A stretch of DNA of 64,000 nucleotides from Spirochaetia bacterium (GTDB lineage Bacteria; Spirochaetota; Spirochaetia; UBA9216), in contig OY776510.1 in assembly GCA_963675665.1 (NCBI GenBank), positions 3,552,001 through 3,616,000 of the forward strand, given 5' to 3'. Both the position numbers and the translations under genes were made by a program. Shown piece by piece: positions 59,601 through 64,000 of this stretch (positions within the stretch are counted from its first letter, which is position 1; the number at the start of each line of letters is the position of its first letter). Under the pieces are notes generated by a model, which worked only from the letters and a program-made list of their open reading frames with translations, made no database searches and was not told where the DNA came from.

Positions 59601-60123
59601 ATGCGAGCTGATAGAAGCCGTACTATTTCTTGAATCAGATCCTGTTGAACTTAAATCGCTTATGAAGATAACAGACCTTCCCGCAGAAGCCATAGAAAAT
59701 GCCCTCAATATACTTGGCAAAAAATACGGTGAACCCGGCAGCGGACTTGAACTTATCCAGTTTGCCGGAGGATACACGCTCTCACCCAAAGCCCATCTCT
59801 GGGACTTTCTTAAAGAAAGATACGGTCAGAAAAACGATAAACGCCTTTCCCGGGCCGCTATGGAAACTTTGTCCATAATTGCTTACTCTCAGCCCATTAC
59901 AAAAGCTGAAATCGAAAACATCAGGGGGGTTTCCGCTGATAATATGATAAGGATTCTTGTTGAGCGATCATTAATCAAAACAGTTGGTAAAAAAGATATT
60001 CCGGGCAAACCTGTTCTTTACGGAACAACCAAGGATTTCCTCAAGATTTTCGGACTGAACAGTATCTCGGATCTTCCGAAACTTGATGATGTCCAGCAGG
60101 TGAGGTTTGAACTCAATGGGTGA
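59584..60123 (+). CDS. scpB: SMC-Scp complex subunit ScpB
   Basis: LSRAAMETLSIIAYSQPITKAEIENIRGV, YGTTKDFL; ATG 59584 after SD GAGGAGG. Confidence 0.96.
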   Translation: MDMKNECELIEAVLFLESDPVELKSLMKITDLPAEAIENALNILGKKYGEPGSGLELIQFAGGYTLSPKAHLWDFLKERYGQKNDKRLSRAAMETLSIIAYSQPITKAEIENIRGVSADNMIRILVERSLIKTVGKKDIPGKPVLYGTTKDFLKIFGLNSISDLPKLDDVQQVRFELNG

Positions 60124-60856
60124 TACCGATAAGGGCAAACCTGCCCAGGAAGGTGTACGCCTGCAGGTATTTCTTGCAAAAGCCGGAATAGGATCACGCA
60201 GAAAATGCGAGGAATATATTTCGGAGGGTCGGATAACTGTAAACGGCGAAACTGTATTTCAACAGGGAATCAGAATAACCGATCAGAAGGTTTCCTTTGA
60301 TGGTAGGGCTGTCTATCCTGCCAAAAAAATGGTTTATATAGCTCTTAACAAGCCTGTACGCTATCTTTGCACGTCATCCGACCCCGAAGGCCGGCCTACC
60401 GCAATAGAACTCGTCAGAAAGGCCTGGCCGGGCCGTATCTATAATGTGGGCAGACTTGATTTCATGTCCTCAGGACTCATTCTTTTTACCAATGACGGCG
60501 AATTTACCAAGGCTGTCACTCATCCTTCATCAGGAATATTAAAAACATATCTTGTTGAAACCCGGGAAGACATTTCCTCGGACATGCTTGATGAATGGAA
60601 AAAGGGTGTAACTGTCGACGGAGTTAAATACAAGATTGAAGAATATGATATTAAAACGCAAAAAAAGGTGAGTCTTACACTTCGCGAAGGCAGGAACCGT
60701 GAAATACGCAATCTTTTCAATTCCAAACGCTTTAAAATCAAAAAACTTCATCGTACCAGAATCGGTAATATCACTATTCGTGGCCTTAAAAGCGGCGAAT
60801 ATCGTTTTCTGACCGAAACCGAAGTAAAAAAACTTCTGAAAAGCGGAGCTGAATAG
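60116..60856 (+). CDS. rluB: rRNA pseudouridine synthase, RluB/RsuA family
   Basis: S4 domain RLQVFLAKAGIGSRR, VGRLD, EGRNREIR; follows scpB. Confidence 0.9.
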   Translation: MGDTDKGKPAQEGVRLQVFLAKAGIGSRRKCEEYISEGRITVNGETVFQQGIRITDQKVSFDGRAVYPAKKMVYIALNKPVRYLCTSSDPEGRPTAIELVRKAWPGRIYNVGRLDFMSSGLILFTNDGEFTKAVTHPSSGILKTYLVETREDISSDMLDEWKKGVTVDGVKYKIEEYDIKTQKKVSLTLREGRNREIRNLFNSKRFKIKKLHRTRIGNITIRGLKSGEYRFLTETEVKKLLKSGAE

Positions 60857-60857
60857 A

Positions 60858-61511
60858 ATGATTATTGCCCTGGACGGACCCGCCGGCGTCGGGAAAAGTA
60901 CTATAGCTGCCAGAATCGCGGAAAAAACCGGTTTTTTTTATCTTAATTCCGGTAATTTTTACCGTGCAGTTACTTTTTCTTCCGTGAAAGACGGCATTGA
61001 TCTGAATGATGATATTGCCGTTACCGAACATTGCAGAAAACTTGAAATATCCATAAATAACGGACGAGTACATCTTAACGGTGAGGATGTTGAAGACAAA
61101 CTCCATACCGACGAAGTAGATTCTTTTGTAGCGCAAATTTCAGCTATCGTCGATGTCCGTACAGTCGTTACAGCCGCTCTCAGAAAAACTGCAGAAAGTA
61201 TCAGCATCGTAGCTGAAGGTCGCGACATTACAACTGTCGTTTTTCCTGATGCCGAATTCAAGTTTTTTATGGATGCTTCCATCGAGGTTCGTGCCATGCG
61301 CCGGTTTAATCAGGGGACAAGTAACAAGACTTACAATGAGCTTGTCGAAAGCATAAAGAAACGTGATGAGATAGATTTAAATAAGCCGGTAGGCAGCCTC
61401 AAATTAGCTGATGATGCGATTTATTTGGATACATCGCACTTGACCATAGATGAAGTTTGTGAGAAAGTATTAGATAAAATTCAGGAACGAAAAACAGGTT
61501 TTAGGAGATAG
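60858..61511 (+). CDS. cmk: Cytidylate kinase
   Basis: IALDGPAGVGKST, SGNFYR, EGRDITTVVFPDA. Confidence 0.97.
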   Translation: MIIALDGPAGVGKSTIAARIAEKTGFFYLNSGNFYRAVTFSSVKDGIDLNDDIAVTEHCRKLEISINNGRVHLNGEDVEDKLHTDEVDSFVAQISAIVDVRTVVTAALRKTAESISIVAEGRDITTVVFPDAEFKFFMDASIEVRAMRRFNQGTSNKTYNELVESIKKRDEIDLNKPVGSLKLADDAIYLDTSHLTIDEVCEKVLDKIQERKTGFRR

Positions 61512-63227
61512 TTGCCGATTATGACAGACAAAGATGTTACTGCCGACAATAACAATTTAGCCCTTCAGGAAGAATATCTGAAGAATTTTGAAGATATTGA
61601 AGAGGGGGCTCTGATTGAGGGTGATATAATTGAAATAACCCCTGATCAGGTTTTTATAGATGTAGGCTATAAATCTGAAGGTAAAATCTCCCTTGATGAG
61701 TTTGAAGAGACACCGAAAATTGGTGACAAGGTCAGTGTTATACTGATTAAGAAAGAAGGTAGAGGCGGACAGGTTGTCGTTTCTAAAAAGAAAGCGGATT
61801 CAAGGGTATTCTGGAAAAACTTAAAAGAAGCTTCCGAGCAGAAAACACCTATAGACGGAACAGTATGCAAGGTTATTAAGGGAGGCTTCGAAGTAGATTT
61901 GGGATTTGATGTAAAGGCCTTCAATCCAATTTCCAAGATTGATGTAACCAGGGTCGAAACCCCCGATGAATATCTTAATCTTAAATCAAAATTTATAATT
62001 GACAAATTCAGTACTTCTGCAAAAGCCAGAATTGTAGTTTCAAGAAGACAGTACCTTGAAACGGCAGCTGAAGAAGCAAAGAAAAAATTCTTTGAAAATA
62101 CCCAGATTGGTGATGACATCGAAGGAACTGTAAAAAGTTTCACTTCATTCGGCGCATTCATTGATCTCGGAGGATTCGACGGGCTTCTTCATATCAACGA
62201 CATGAGCTGGGGACATGTAACCAAGCCGAAAGATTATGTTAAAAAAGGACAGGTTATTCAGCTAAAAGTCATAAAGATTGATCCTGAAGACAAGAAAATA
62301 AACCTTTCGCTCAAGCATTTTTCAGATAACCCATGGAATACCTTTGAAAACAGATACCATATTGATGATATAGTTAAAGGCAAGGTCACCAAACTTACTG
62401 ATTTCGGTGCTTTTATCGAAATTGAAGAAGGTATTGAAGGTCTTGCCCATATATCGGAACTTTCATGGACCAAGAGAGTAAATCATCCCAGGGAGGTTCT
62501 TTCTATCGGTGATGAGGTTGAAGTAAAAATTCTTGCATTCAACCTGGACGAAGGTCGTATTTCACTTGGCCTTAAACAGGTGCTTCCGAATCCCTGGGAT
62601 TCTCTTGATGAGAAATATCCTGTAGGCATGACCTTAAAAAAAACCATAAAGAAAGTAACCAATTCTGGTGCTTTTGTTGAACTTGAAGAGGGTATTGATG
62701 CCTTTCTCCATATTGATGATTACTCCTGGACAAGAAAAATCAAGAATGCCTCTTCCGTATTAAAGGAAGGCGAGGAAATTGACGCTGTTGTAATTGCAAT
62801 CGAACCGGATACAAAGCGTGTCAGACTTGGAGTCAAGCAGCTTTCGGATGATCCATGGGACGCCCTTAAGAAATCTTATCCCAAAGGCAGCCTGATTGAA
62901 GGTGAAATAACCAACGTTACCGATTTCGGTGTTTTTGTTAAGGTTCCGGGCGGAATTGAAGGCCTCATTAATAAATTCAATCTCGCTGAAACCGGACCGG
63001 ACAGAGTTGATGATGACGAACTTTTAAAGAAATTTAACGTTGGTGACAAGGTAAAAGCTCTTGTTACAGAAATAAGGGCTGATACGCAGCGTCTTTCCCT
63101 TTCCATACGTGAGTACCAGAGAAGCATTCAGCGTCAGGAATTGTCGAAATACATTCATGACAGTGAAGAGGAAGGGAACTTCACTTTAGGCGATATGCTT
63201 AAAGATAAAATCAACCTGGACGAATAG
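61512..63227 (+). CDS. rpsA: 30S ribosomal protein S1
   Basis: Six S1 repeats (FGAFIDLGGFDGLLHI, FGAFIEIEEGIEGLAHISELSW); TTG start after SD AGGAG. Confidence 0.98.
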   Translation: MPIMTDKDVTADNNNLALQEEYLKNFEDIEEGALIEGDIIEITPDQVFIDVGYKSEGKISLDEFEETPKIGDKVSVILIKKEGRGGQVVVSKKKADSRVFWKNLKEASEQKTPIDGTVCKVIKGGFEVDLGFDVKAFNPISKIDVTRVETPDEYLNLKSKFIIDKFSTSAKARIVVSRRQYLETAAEEAKKKFFENTQIGDDIEGTVKSFTSFGAFIDLGGFDGLLHINDMSWGHVTKPKDYVKKGQVIQLKVIKIDPEDKKINLSLKHFSDNPWNTFENRYHIDDIVKGKVTKLTDFGAFIEIEEGIEGLAHISELSWTKRVNHPREVLSIGDEVEVKILAFNLDEGRISLGLKQVLPNPWDSLDEKYPVGMTLKKTIKKVTNSGAFVELEEGIDAFLHIDDYSWTRKIKNASSVLKEGEEIDAVVIAIEPDTKRVRLGVKQLSDDPWDALKKSYPKGSLIEGEITNVTDFGVFVKVPGGIEGLINKFNLAETGPDRVDDDELLKKFNVGDKVKALVTEIRADTQRLSLSIREYQRSIQRQELSKYIHDSEEEGNFTLGDMLKDKINLDE

Positions 63228-63234
63228 AAATCTT

Positions 63235-63268
63235 ACGGGAAACAGTCCTTACGGGCTTTTTCCCGTTT
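63235..63268 (+). terminator. Stem-loop after rpsA (possible terminator or stabiliser)
   Basis: ACGGGAAAcAGTCC-TTAC-GGGCTtTTTCCCGT, short T tail. Confidence 0.6.
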
Positions 63269-63283
63269 GCAGCGGAGTTTTCA

Positions 63284-64000
63284 ATGCAGGCTGCGCCTAT
63301 TGATGTTGAGCGCCTTGAAACACTAATCGAGATTAATACTCTAATTAACTCTAATTATACAGATGACAGGGCGCTGCTTACACATATTCTTGAATCAGCA
63401 TCCAGGCTGACTTTCGGAGAGTCTTCATCACTTCTCCTTTTAAATCATGAGACCAACAGACTGTATTTCGAGATATCGCTTGGCCCTAAAGGTCCTGATG
63501 TACAAAAGTTTTCACTTAAAATGGGCGAGGGCATAGCCGGCTGGGTTGCAAAGCATAATACGGGTCTTATTGTAAATGATGTTGACAAGGATGATCGTCA
63601 TCAGAAAATTATCGACTCCAAAACCGGTTATGCAACCAGTTCCATTCTGGCCGCACCAATGCGCATTAAGGACCGCTGTGTTGGCGTAATTGAAATAATA
63701 AACCGAAAAGACAAAAAAAACTTCACCAATGATGATCTGATATGGCTTGAACGTTTTGCTGTTCAGGCTGCTCTTGCCATACAAAATGCAAAATCCTATC
63801 AGCAGCTTCGAAACGAACTTTTTATACTGCAGGATAAAATAAATGAAGATAAAGGGTACCATCCTTTTGTAAGCGGCAGTAAGCTTATAGGTGAAAAACT
63901 TAAACTGGCGGAAAAGATCGCAGCAACTGACTCTTCTGTTCTTATTCTGGGTGAAAGCGGTGTTGGCAAGGAACTTTTCGCTGAACAGATTCACCTTAAA
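63284..64000 (+). CDS. GAF domain sigma54-dependent transcriptional activator (NifA/FhlA-like); runs off the right edge
   Basis: Not in the ORF track. Manual translation from ATG 63284 (SD GGAG): MQAAPIDVERLETL...GEGIAGWVA...SILAAPM (GAF) then DSSVLILGESGVGKELFAEQIH (Walker A). Confidence 0.93.
   Translation, partial: MQAAPIDVERLETLIEINTLINSNYTDDRALLTHILESASRLTFGESSSLLLLNHETNRLYFEISLGPKGPDVQKFSLKMGEGIAGWVAKHNTGLIVNDVDKDDRHQKIIDSKTGYATSSILAAPMRIKDRCVGVIEIINRKDKKNFTNDDLIWLERFAVQAALAIQNAKSYQQLRNELFILQDKINEDKGYHPFVSGSKLIGEKLKLAEKIAATDSSVLILGESGVGKELFAEQIHLK

Noticed and set aside
63512-63994. 160-aa minus-strand ORF
   Set aside because: Antisense to the GAF-sigma54 activator on the plus strand
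1-64000. tRNA, rRNA, known riboswitches, IS elements, prophage or defence genes
   Set aside because: None recognised by eye; intergenic gaps are short. A covariance-model search would be needed to exclude small RNAs

Overview
Spirochaete (Spirochaetaceae-like) chromosome segment, judged from the conserved order tmk-tamB-bamA-skp-mutS-comF-rimP-nusA-infB-rbfA-truB-ribF-rpsO-pnp-dut-lptF-lptG-tgt-murJ and the large spirochaete-type GreA. Positions ~18.7-64 kb are mostly core housekeeping genes. Positions 1-18.7 kb are more accessory: a SecA paralog running off the left edge (missing from the ORF track), an MFS transporter, rbgA, a HAD hydrolase, an HI0933-family flavoprotein, a PTS-EIIA/CBS fusion with an ion transporter, a GAF-HD-GYP protein, and a divergent TetR/lipoprotein/TolC plus MFP/RND cluster. 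The best candidate for a new system is a 74-aa signal-peptide-bearing upstream ORF ending in the ribosome-arrest motif RAPP, 47 nt before the accessory secA. The codons just after RAPP can form an 11-bp helix with the secA Shine-Dalgarno region. This is a SecM-like secretion-monitor architecture, here controlling a SecA2-type ATPase in a spirochaete. No rRNA, tRNA, CRISPR array or transposase was recognised. All calls come from reading the sequence; no searches were run.
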